From Antedon mediterranea (Eukaryota > Animalia > Echinodermata), in the NCBI RefSeq assembly GCF_964355755.1, contig NC_092670.1, forward strand, positions 1,726,201-1,790,200: a DNA stretch of 64,000 nt, given 5' to 3'. The notes under the pieces are model-generated. The model did not search any database, had not been told where the DNA came from, and was given only the letters and a program-made list of their open reading frames with translations. Below, piece after piece: positions 52,600 to 64,000 of this stretch. The translations under genes and the position numbers were made by a program. Within the stretch, counting starts at the first letter, position 1, and every line of letters starts with the position of its first letter.

Positions 52600-55500
52600 T
52601 CATGATTCAACCTTCTCAACATCTGTTGCTCCTGTAGACAGCATAGCAGGATCGATGGCATCACCTGCAGATATCTCTTGTGCAGACTCTGTGCTGTCAG
52701 TGCCCTCAAGTCCAGCACTAACCTTCTTGTTTGTCTTCTCTTGCTGCTTCTGTTCGAAGTCTCTGACATCTTCAATAGTTAAATCTAAAAAATAAAAAAT
52801 GTTAACTGATGATCTTAACACACAATTTCACATAATACTTTTATTATATTATTTAAAGATATATTGTAGCCCTAAAAAAAAATTTTTTTTTTTTAAATTT
52901 TTTTTTGAATATGCCATTTTAATGTCACGTAATAGTGACTGGATCGAAACAAAAATGATTTACCTGAAAAAAAAAAGGAATTTAAAGCAAAAAATTATTT
53001 TTAAATGGTTTTTGGTTAAAATTAACCGTTTGGTTTGTCTTTTTATAAGTGAAATTTTTTTTTTTTACAGAAGCTAATAACTTGATTAAAACTGCAAAAT
53101 GGCCAAATTTAGTCTGATTTTATTAATCTTTTTTCATGTTTTGTGGGGAAAATACATCTTTAAAAATGGGTTCACAAATACATTTATTGAGCAAATTGCT
53201 TGTGACTATTTAAATCCTTTACAAGTCTCTTTGAAGCCAACTTTGATTTACTTGTTGATGTGTATACGTTATAGCTACTGTAAATATGACTGTACATAGG
53301 AAATCCAGGTTTAATTTTGTTAAAGTTATTTTTATCAGGATGCGTTTAAAAACGACCAAAATAGCTACCCAGTCATTGATATCATAAGAGTTGATATTAC
53401 TGAGCGTGCCATTAACACCAACGACGTTAAGACAAGACTTAGCAAATGCTACTCAACTTAACCTATCAGCATAATCCTCATATCCATTTACAATTTGCGT
53501 CAAAGGTCACACGTTACAGCCGTTTTCGTTAAACATTAAATTAAGCTTATTTTATAGTTTGACTTTTTTCAAAACATTTGAGTTCATATATTGGATTTAT
53601 TTATTTAGAAACCAAATTAGGTGAAGTTTAACTTGTTTAGAAATTGGGAACAAATACATAAACAAAGTCATTTAAACAAATTTAAAAAAAAGCACTAACA
53701 ACATATACACTATGTAAAATGCAGGCACTAACAACATATACACTATGTAAAATGCAAGCACTACAACATAATTATACACTATGTAAAATGCAAGCACTAA
53801 CAACATATACACTATGTAAAATGCGATATATTTAATTTAAAACAAGCACTAACAACATATACACTATGTAAAATGCGATATATTTAAAACAAGCACTAAA
53901 AACATATACACTATGTAAAATGCAATATATTTAAAACAAGCACTAACAACATATACACTATGTAAAATGCGATATATTTAAAACAAGCACTAACAACATA
54001 TACATTATGTAAAATGCGATATATTTAAAACAAGCACTAACAACATATACACTATGTAAAATGCGATATATTTAAAACAAGCACTAACAACATATACACT
54101 ATGTAAAATGCGATATATTTAAAACAAGCACTAACAACATATGCACTATGTAAAATGCGATATATTTAAAACAAGCACTAACAACATATGCACTATGTAA
54201 AATGCGATATATTTAAAACAAGCACTAACAACATATACACTATGTAAAATGCGATATATTTAAAACAAGCACTAACAATACACTATGTAAAATGCGATAT
54301 ATTTAAATATCAAACTGTTAACATTTTATTCTGCTGTAACCTAGAGTTTAATAAGTTCATTTAATTTAATTAATTTTTGTTTGTTTTCATGTTCCTTGCA
54401 AAGTTCAGTGTAAGCTGCTCAAACCTTTTTTTTGGACATTTCTTTATTTTATTTAAAAATTTAAAAAAAGAGTTTATGTGAAAAAGTGAACTATCGCCTT
54501 TTAATCTGCCTTAACTTCTTTCAAATTGAGCTCTCTCATACACCGCAACTTTGATCGCTTACTGCTGAAATTGGCGCATTACAAATTCGTATTATTATTA
54601 TTGTTTCTGGACTTTATGGACTATACATGCGCTTTAATCTTAAATCTTTAAGTATAAGTAAATGTTTAAAAAAAAGAAATAAACTTGACTAGCTACCTAT
54701 CCATTCATCAATCCATGTGAACGCTTGCCTATGACCCAGTATCAATATCTCTTGAATGGACTGAAAACAAAATAATTTATTAAATTAAAAGTTTAAATAA
54801 TGTACGGAGTTGATTGACATTTGTTTGTATCATGGTAAAACAATAGATGAGGGCTGCATCACTGGGACTGGCCAAATACAGTTCAAATATTAGTGTATTC
54901 AATAAAATAATCATGTTACATAAAAACAATGTTACACAAAAATTTAATTTACCCTATGAACAAAATCCTCGACCCTTGACCTCAATCCCCACACATCAAA
55001 GCGTACTTTAGTTCCTTTGTATGAGCACATAATTGGTTTTGTGTTTTCCTGGAAAATAACATTTCATATCCCTGTTATATATAACACAGCTGTTTACAAG
55101 TGAACAATTCAATGTCATTGATACTTGAAAGCACTTTAATTTGGTGTCCAGAAATGTTTGCTATTAAAGTATGTCAGTATTATAGCAAGCTTAGGTTTAT
55201 TAAAAAATATTACAATATGAAGGATGATGATGATGAGATGTAATGTTTTTTGATAAATTTCTCATTTTATGTGTATTATTTTGTGTGTATGATTTAGTAA
55301 ATTATAATAATATAATGATACATTTATTATTATTTATTACAGTTCACATTACTCCATGTTCCGCATGAGCGATTTGTGTAACACCATTGACCATCACATA
55401 AATTTGATACTTCAAGTTATATTAATGTTCTTTCATGCGTGACAGATGAATTTGTAACACAAGTATAAAACAAGCTCAGTACAAATGTCTCGCTTAATGC

Positions 55501-58500
55501 ATGGATTTTATCGTCTTAATTCTGAAATCTAACATCTCAATCTAAAATTATTTCAATCAATGTTAAAATATTTCTGTCACATTGAATAGTGTTTTTCTAG
55601 AATGTATTATAAAATGTGACATTTCTTTATATGAATGTTATCAGTATATGTCTGTTTGATAGGTATTCACAATGTATCATAATTAAATGTCTCATTTCTT
55701 AGATGGATTTTATTGCAATTACTACATTATAACGTTTGATTTAAATTGATATACTGAACATATATCACCATCACATGTATTATAAATAGCTCGCTAATTA
55801 TATAATGAAGGAACATGTCTGTTTTAAGTATGTAACACAATATATTTTGTAACTTAACACTGTATAATTTGGATTGATTACCTTGACTGCTATTTTTACT
55901 CACCCTCCATCCGGCAGTTAGTGGCCCTCTACCTGTTTTTGCAGATTTAAATTTAGTAGGGTCCTGAAATAAATAAAGAAATCATGATTTTGATGAAAGT
56001 TTACAGGGGAATCCCAAAACATGTTTTCAAGGTCTTGCATACATTCTAACACCAGAGGTCTTTTAACTTGGAAAAATGAAAAAATAAAATGTTTACATTG
56101 AAGAGAAATTGCTGGAAAATCTAAGGAGTATTACCTCAAACCACAAAACCTGATAAACAGAGTTTCTATTAATTTGTAACTGACACGTTAGCAATTAGCT
56201 CTCAAATGACAAACACCAATTGTTGATTGATGTCTCAGTTACCTTGAAGGTAACAAGACTACTGCTAATGCATGATGAACACAAAGCGATTGTTCAATTT
56301 AATTAAATATATGATTCATGATAATATATTAATTTAGATTAAATTCTATTGCATATTACTGACGTCGCATTGAATATAAGTTTGTCGTTATCCTCCAATG
56401 GAAAGTATATTAGTCAGCTAGGTTTGATTCGCACTTGGATGTTGTAGGCCTACTGTACAACTACAACAAGCAATTTGATCAACGCTTGCATACATCCTTG
56501 ATAGTGGGAACCAAGCTTTATCCCAAATGTAGTCAGTTAAGCTTGATTCCCACTAGGATGCAACATAAGCTATTTGATCAACGCTTGCATACATCCTTGA
56601 TAGTGGGAACCAAGCTTTATCCCAAATGTAGTCAGTTAAGCTTGATTCCCACTTGGATGCAACATAAGCAATTTGATCCACGCTTTGTCAAATTACTTGC
56701 ATACATCCTTGATAGTGGGAACCAAGCTTTAGTCTCAAGTATCCCGGTGTAACTTAACTCGCCATGTAACACATTCACACTCAGACCTATAGTCTCCAGT
56801 TACTCTGTATTTTTATGTTGTTAGTATTTAATATCGCCTCCAGCTAACATTTTAGTCTGTAACAACCTCAGGTATACATATGACATTAATTTTGTGCCAA
56901 AATGTTTACCTTTTTTACCAATATTAAACCGAATTAATTGACTAGCTGGACTAACTCTGGAGTTGCAGATTCAATAAATTCGTAACACTTTTATTACTGG
57001 CATTCACTACGCCGTAGTGTTATTAACGATACACATGGAATTAAAATCAGTTGTTTTATTATTTCAACATCTATTTTTATGCTTTAAATAGTATTTGGTT
57101 GATATTTAAATATTTTCCATAAAGGTCAAAGGTTACAAAGAATGAACTATGTACTACTGGAAGTTTAATGACAAAGAATCTCAAGTCAGTTCCTTATCAT
57201 ATACTACAATTTTAAGTGGAAACAACAGAGGTATAATAACATTTGAGAGCAACTGTTAAAATTATTATCAAAAGTGTATAAATAATAAATCAGAAATCTA
57301 TGGATAAAATAAATATAAGGTTTTTTCTGATCATTAGAAAGAAATCCTTGTCAGAAGCAAAGATGTTGGCACATATCAGGGTCGTAGCCACCAGTACGGT
57401 TGGTAAGGTTTGAACCTGATCACTTTTTCACCGACGCTTTTGACAACCCAGTGGCTTGAAAACAGATTGTTCCCTTTTCATGCAACAACCGCATCACTTT
57501 CTTGTGGCTACTGTACATCACTGCATAGCCAAGACTTGTGGAAGGTACTGGCGATATAGTCAATTACGAAGCGACCCTACAACCACACTTGGTCACAGGA
57601 CCAAGACTTGTGGAAGGTACTGGCGATATAGTCAATTACGAAGCGACCCTACAACCACACTTGGTCACAGGACCAGTAACATAAATAAAAATTATTATAC
57701 AAAAAAAATGTTATGTAAATGCTGAATGTTAAAAAATGTGAACATTAAATGCACAACGACGACAGAAAGGATACCTGAAATCCAGCTGACATAATCTTTT
57801 TAAAATCAATAAAAATTGTCATTGACAATCATACATTGCCATGGCAACAGAGGTTAAAGGGATTCTAATTGCACACATCAGGTTGTCATAGCTGCAAGCA
57901 ATTTAACATAAATCAAACATTTTTATTTTTTCTTACTGAGATTCATTTTTTTTTATATAATTTGTAATTTACTTGTACATAGATCATTGCTAACTCATTT
58001 CTTAATATATATTTCAAATTAAGTAAATAATAAATCTTCCAATAGTTGGTACATAATTATTTACGTGAAAAACGTAAATCCAACTTTAAAAAAAAATTAA
58101 ATCTGACCGACCGACCCTGTTTTTAATTAATGTTGTGATTGGACATCATGTTTTAGGCCCAATCAACACGACTTGTTCGAAATTGGACATCATGTTTTAG
58201 GCCCAATCAACACGACTTGTTCCAAATTGATTGAAGTATGCGTGGGCTGTCGTACATTCTAGCCTAATTAGTGTTGCTTGCAATAAATAGAGTTACAACA
58301 AAACATAAATTAAGAAGCAATAGTTTATATGTTTATTAACAAAGTAAGAACATTATGTTGAACATGACATTGTTTATGTCTCTGTAAACATGTTGTAACT
58401 AGTGTGTGTTTACACTGACATTCAGGTGTTTGTACAATCAGACTGTAACTAGTGTGTGTTTACACTGACATTCAGGTGTTTGTACAATCAGACTGTAACT

Positions 58501-61500
58501 AGTGTGTGTTTACACTGACATTCAGGTGTTTGTACAATCAGACTGTAACTAGTGTGTGTTTACACCAACATTCAGGTGTTTGTACAATCAGACTGTAACT
58601 AGTGTGTGTTTACACTAACATTCAGGTGTTTGTACAATAAGATCATTTGAAATCAAATAGGAAGCACTCTAACATTTCACAAACATAAGTAAAAGGCTTG
58701 GTTTGAAATTTATCCTGGGATAGAAGTTAGTACACCAGAGGTCTGTAACCAACTTCCTCATTCCATCCATTACACTCCATCCTCTTTTCTCTCCTGAAAA
58801 CTCACCTATTTCAATAGTTATTCTTTTCATATTGCGCTGTGAGACTGTGGTAAAGAGCGCTTTATAAATGTTGCGCTGTGAGATTGTGGTAAAGAGCGCT
58901 TTATAAATGTTGCGCTGTGAGATTGTGGTAAAGAGCGCTTTATAAATGTTGCGCTGTGAGATTGTGGTAAAGAGCGCTTTATAAATGTTGCGCTGTGAGA
59001 CTGTGGTAAAGAGCGCTTTATAAATGTTTGATATTGTTATTATATCATTATAATAAAGTATTTACCTCATTTTCTTTATAATGTTTTTCCGATATTTCAT
59101 CAAATGCAATGTCTAAAGGTAACACCTCACGTTGTAGTAGATCTTCTTCAGAATAACCTAAACACTGTCAAGAAAAACATCATCATGAGATGAACCAACA
59201 AATATTATACTTTTTTTCTTTAAAAAATGTCTTTTACTTACATTGTCTGTTGTTCCGCTGTTATTTTCATATTTTGTTTCGATTTCTATACTGAACTTGG
59301 GCACAAAAGAACACTGAAAAAAAAAATGAAAAGTTAAAAAACTTTAACTTTAAAGTTATATTTTTACAGAACTTTTATTCAAATCTACGGACATATTTTG
59401 CAGGTACTGTATTCTTGTTGTTCAGTAAAATCTTTGGTTTGAAATAAAAAATCAATTCTATTATATTTCATGAATTGTACTAAAAATACTGGCTATACAT
59501 TTAAAATGATTTAGCAAATAACAAACAGATTTTATCTTGACTCTGTAATGACATTGTGGTATTAAATAGTACAGTAGGAACTGATGAGTTTAGGACGACA
59601 ACGTTACATCTATCCAGGTCAGTAACAGGAAAGTGTTGCATGTAGAATATGAATTAATAAAATGCATATTTGTTTTCACTTGAAATGCAATTAAGCCAAT
59701 CTCTGATGCATCTAACAGGATGTTTTGAATATCAAATGAAACTCTATCAGGGAAGAGAAAATTGATTGAAAACTACGCATGTTAAATCAATTATTATTCA
59801 AATATACTGGTTTGGGGATTCAATTTCTTCAATTTCTTTCTTTCTACACATTTTGATTATTCAATTAAAATTTTAAAAGTTTTAGTACTATTTTTAGTTT
59901 CATTATTTTAACCGTCAAAATAAAGTATACTGGAAAATAAAAACATCCATACAAGTGCTGGGTCAAAATTTCAGGTTTAAAGAACACATGTAACATGAAA
60001 CAAATTTTAGACCTTGAGAAATTCAATTTTTGGTAAATTTTCAACTTGGTCCAAACCAGTAGTGTATAGTTTATACACATTAATAATAAGGATCCTAGTA
60101 TTGTGACAGTGGTTAAGATTTGAACCTGAACCCTTGTATTAGTAAGCAATAAACAATACTTACTGTGTATTCTGATGAGTCAACAATATGAAAAAAAAAG
60201 AAGAAAACATTTTTTTTTATATGTACTGTAGTACGTATATTGAATAAATGCAAAACCAGATCCTTGATGATAAATAAAGATCCAGTCCATTATAGTGAAG
60301 GGTTGCATTCAACTGTTCATATTATATGGTCTCCTCAGGGAGAACAAGGGCTATTGTTGGCTTATCCAGAAAAGCTAGGCATGAAATAGACTTTCTTGTT
60401 TATTGCTTAAATGATTAGTTTATATTCATTGTCATCTCCAAATTATTACAGAAAACAAATTAGAACACAAATGCATTTTTGATTGCGTCGCAACCTCTGA
60501 AATTGCAAAGTTTGGAGGACATGCCTGGATGTTCACGTTGACAACATTTTAATTCCAAACAAATTGTTTACAAGATGTTCAACTTTTTTAATTGCCCTAA
60601 GTGCAAGTGAGGTGAAGTGAAGTTAATATTCACATAGTACTCATGAGAACAGATACCCGGCGGGGCTCAATATGATAAAGAAGCATGCTTAGTAAAGTAC
60701 AAGGTATTAGCACTAAACCTAATCAATCAGTAATTATCAAGGTAATGTTCATTATCATAGCATGCTATATTCAAACAAGATTCAATTTATCAAAAGGATA
60801 CTTTGATATATATTTTGAATGCAATATTCATTGATTTTTATGTTAAGGATCATTGTGCTTTTTGTATATATGCATTTTTAATATAATTTTATAAACGAAT
60901 TTCCCATTTTGAGATAACAATGTTATTGAATTAAATACCAAACATGATCTACTTTCTTGTTTGAGAGGGTGGGGTGGGGCGGTCAGGGGTCAAATCAATA
61001 CAGGTTACTTTAATTAATCATTCGTTTATCCGTGAAGCCAAAAATTGACACCGCGTGTTGTCTTGGATTTTTTGTTTTCAGAAAGTGAAAGTGACACTAT
61101 TGACTAAGTTCAGTCTTAATATAGTAATAGTATACCAAGTGATTAATTTACAAGATTATAAATTTAAACTACAGCTTTCAAAGGCTGAATTCTCTATGTA
61201 TAAATTACACATGAAAATGTCTAACTAAAACCATGACATTTCAACGTTGGTCTTTATCATGTTTTTTCACAAAAAAAGCAGTCACGGTTAGTGTCACTTT
61301 GTGGCGCCACTAACGAATGAAACCAGTTAAACGACAATTAAAACCTGTCATTTATTCCATATTCACTCGGAAACAAGTTTCAAATTCTTAATATTGAATT
61401 ATAAAATCTACATTTCCATCGTCACCGTACTACAACATTTGAGATTGTCGTAAATCGTCGTCCTTATGAGAATCACTTGATTATGAATAATTTGCGGTAA

Positions 61501-63076
61501 TACGATCTGAAAGCGTGTCATTTAATCGTTGTTAATTCTGTTTGTAGATCACTACATATATCTATAAAGTAGGGTGGTGAAGTAGAGTCTAGTATACAAG
61601 AGGTTAGGTTACAAGTAAGCACCTAGATGGCGGACATAATGAACTATACAGCATGTAGTAATGCTAAATGCTGCCAGCCAACACAAAATGAACACATACT
61701 ACAATGAAGGTTGAAGAAATCATTGAACCTACACAAATCTTTTAATATCTTTATAGTAAGTAGATAAGATTTAAAGTGTATTAATTATACACTTTACATA
61801 ATATATTTTCAAAACGTATTATAATAATTAATATTGTCAGAACAGTAGTTAATTATTAATTATTATAACATTGGTTAGTTATTTCGCTGCCACTAAGACC
61901 ACTTTAATAAAATGTCTTTCTTGTCAGTCAGTGAGTCACTAGGACGTCACGTACACAAAACAAAAGTAATTTGACCATAACATACAGTTTACATTGCTTA
62001 TGTACAGTGTGGTTGAATCACTAACATCCAGATCTTAGTGGCAACCAAAGCACCATACCACTTAATTGGACAGCAACTGTATTAAGGTGTCTTCTTATAT
62101 AATGCATGATTGTAAAATAAACATTTCTAAGTTGGTTTCTTCTGTATATTTAAGTGTATTTCATGGCATTCATAAACTGTACCATTTGGTACGATTGTCA
62201 CCATATTTGGTACGATTGTCACCATATATGTGGTACGACTGTCACCATATTTGGTACGATTGTCACCATATTTGGTATGATTGTCACCATATTTGGTATG
62301 ATTGTCACCATATTTGGTATGATTGTCATCATATTTGGAACAATTTTCACCATAATTTGCACTATTGTCACCATGTTGTGAGGTAATTTCCTGATTGATC
62401 GTAATCAAAACAGTACTGGGTTTGGTCTACTAGCGTTCCTGCTCCCAACCAGTACATCCTTAATGAAGTAAGCCTACCTGGTGGTGGCCATAGAACGGTC
62501 CCGAGATAACGACTATACTTCGGCTTTAGTCGATAAAAGATTGAAAAAATTGTTACAGATCGAGTATACGATGTTTGATTATGTGTTCTATAGGGAAATT
62601 ACCTCACGACGTTGGTACCACCATATTTGTGGTACGATTTTCACCATATTTGTGGTACGATTGTCACCATATTTGTGGTACGATTTTCACCATATTTGTG
62701 GTACGATTTTCACCATATTTGTGGTACGATTGTCACCATATTTGTGGTACGATTGTCACCATATTTGTGATACGATTGTCACCATATTTTTGGTACGATT
62801 GTCACCATATTTGTGGTACGATTGTCACCATATTTGTTTAGAAAATATAACATTGTATATTAATAACAGTAATATTTCCGGTTAAGTTGTCATATCATAG
62901 GAAGTTAATTGCTAGTGTATTAAAAGCCATGACCCTTTTATATCATTGTTTGTATTCAAATGGCAAACACTCTCTCACCTGTAAATGTGTGTGGATAGTA
63001 GTTCCACGCCTTTTCTGTCACATAAAAGAAACTGCAGATTTTGGAAAGCATTGTTTGTATCCAACCAGGTAAACGA
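52600..63076 (-). CDS. PITPNC1: Cytoplasmic phosphatidylinositol transfer protein 1 (RdgB-beta); 5' exons lie beyond the window
   Basis: Exons 63076-62979, 60171-60164 (8 nt), 59313-59242, 59164-59066, 55963-55904, 55048-54953, 54760-54697, 52784-52600. RLPGW..FYVTEKAWNYYPHTFTEYTCSFVPKFSIEIETKYENN, EDPTKFKSAKTGRGPL, PIMCSYK, ILILGHRQAFTWIDEW, TIEDVRDFE. Confidence 0.95.
53691..54307. repeat. 47-bp minisatellite, about 13 units
   Basis: AAAACAAGCACTAACAACATATACACTATGTAAAATGCGATATATTT; the first units are shorter variants. Confidence 0.95.
56468..56730. repeat. 99-bp tandem repeat built from miniature family-B MITEs
   Basis: Each unit contains AAGCTTGATTCCCACT...AGTGGGAACCAAGCTT plus a short constant spacer; about 2.6 units. 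Confidence 0.8.
57529..57672. repeat. 72-bp perfect direct duplication
   Basis: 57529-57600 equals 57601-57672. Confidence 0.92.
58394..58638. repeat. 50-bp minisatellite, about 5 units
   Basis: TGTAACTAGTGTGTGTTTACACTGACATTCAGGTGTTTGTACAATCAGAC. Confidence 0.95.
58834..59028 (+). repeat. 39-bp tandem repeat x5 resembling an L2-type 3' tail
   Basis: GCGCTGTGAGATTGTGGTAAAGAGCGCTTTATAAATGTT x5, followed by a TAT-rich tail. Confidence 0.9.
62181..62836. repeat. Paired related minisatellites: 21-bp (62181-62375) and 23-bp (62619-62836)
   Basis: CCATATTTGGTACGATTGTCA and CCATATTTGTGGTACGATTGTCA arrays separated by about 240 bp. Confidence 0.92.
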
Positions 63077-63430
63077 CTAAAATAAAATAAATAAAAGTTA
63101 CGGTTTTACAAAAACATACCCTACTCACTATAGATTCAATATTTATGAAAATCTGTAAACAAATCGAAAATAATCTAAAATAAAAATAAAATTTCTAGTG
63201 CTACTGTAACCAGTAAATATAATTTTTTCTGTTAAAATACTGATACAGCTAAGAACAATCAATATTTTCTTTTAACATGTTATTATAATATAAATTTGCA
63301 TAATAATTGTTGGAAAGTTTTGACATGGTCCCTAGGTCCTTAAAGCAACTTGCCCTTTAAATGAATTATTGAATGTTTTAATTAATTTATCAATATTAAT
63401 ATCCACTCTCAAAGTTCATCTTAACTATGA

Positions 63431-64000
63431 TTACAGTGTGTACGGGGTGCAATACGAAGCACAAGTGTACTGTATTAATTAGTTTACAGTGTGGTATGGG
63501 GTGCAATACGCTGCAGAAGTGGACTGTATTAATTAGTTTACAGTGTGGTATGGGGTGCAATACGCTGCAGAAGTGGACTGTATTAATTAGTTTACAGTGT
63601 GGTACAGGGTGCATTACGCTGCAGAAGTGGACTGTATTAATTAGTTTACAGTGTGGTATGGGGTGCAATACGCAGCGCAAGTTTACTGTATTAATTAGTT
63701 TACAGTGTGGTATGAGGTGCATTACGCTGCAGAAGTGGACTGTATTAATTAGTTTACAGTGTGGTATGGGGTGCAATACGCAGCACAAGTTTGCTGTATT
63801 AATTAGTTTACAGTGTGGTATGGGCTGCAATACTCAGCACAAGTTTACTGTATTAATTAGTTTACAGTGTGGTATGGGGTGCCTTACGCTGCAGAAGTGG
63901 ACTGTATTAATTAGTTTACAGTGTGGTATGAGGTGCAATACGCAGCACAAGTTTACTGTATTAATTAGTTTACGGTGTGGTATGGGGTGCATTACGCTGC
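63431..64000. repeat. 54-bp minisatellite, more than 10 units, runs off the window end
   Basis: TGTATTAATTAGTTTACAGTGTGGTATGGGGTGCAATACGCTGCAGAAGTGGAC variants. Confidence 0.95.

Noticed and set aside
62066-63830. Cys/His-rich repetitive ORFs (WYDCHHI)n and (HPIPHCKLINTVHFCSVL)n as metal-binding proteins
   Set aside because: They arise from 21/23/54-bp tandem repeats within PITPNC1 introns, with no splice or start context.

Overview
AT-rich, intron-rich eukaryotic (animal, invertebrate-like) genomic DNA. Eight spliced protein-coding genes were reconstructed by hand from GT-AG boundaries and frame continuity: a 3-exon secreted protein with a stand-alone, expanded anaphylatoxin/fibulin-like six-Cys motif (643-3761 +); an uncharacterised C-terminal-RRM protein (-) head-to-head with COX19 (+); TEFM (-); a 15-exon PqaA/AprA-family secreted alpha/beta-hydrolase-like gene (-); ARPC1 (-) head-to-head with a 3-mercaptopyruvate sulfurtransferase (MPST/TST, +); and the 3' part of PITPNC1/RdgB-beta (-), which includes an 8-nt microexon. 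Mobile DNA: two near-identical non-coding ~3.6/3.9 kb elements with TIRs and TTAA target duplications (Kolobok-like). One splits a 26-bp minisatellite. The other splits one arm of a ~480-bp inverted-repeat (foldback-like) structure that encloses two Helentron-like (HINE) elements and two degenerate tRNA-Val(AAC) genes. Also present are two TTA-TSD MITE families, L2/CR1 LINE tails, a probable SINE and many minisatellites. There is no CRISPR array, rRNA or prokaryotic system. Family names come from recalled motifs, not database searches.
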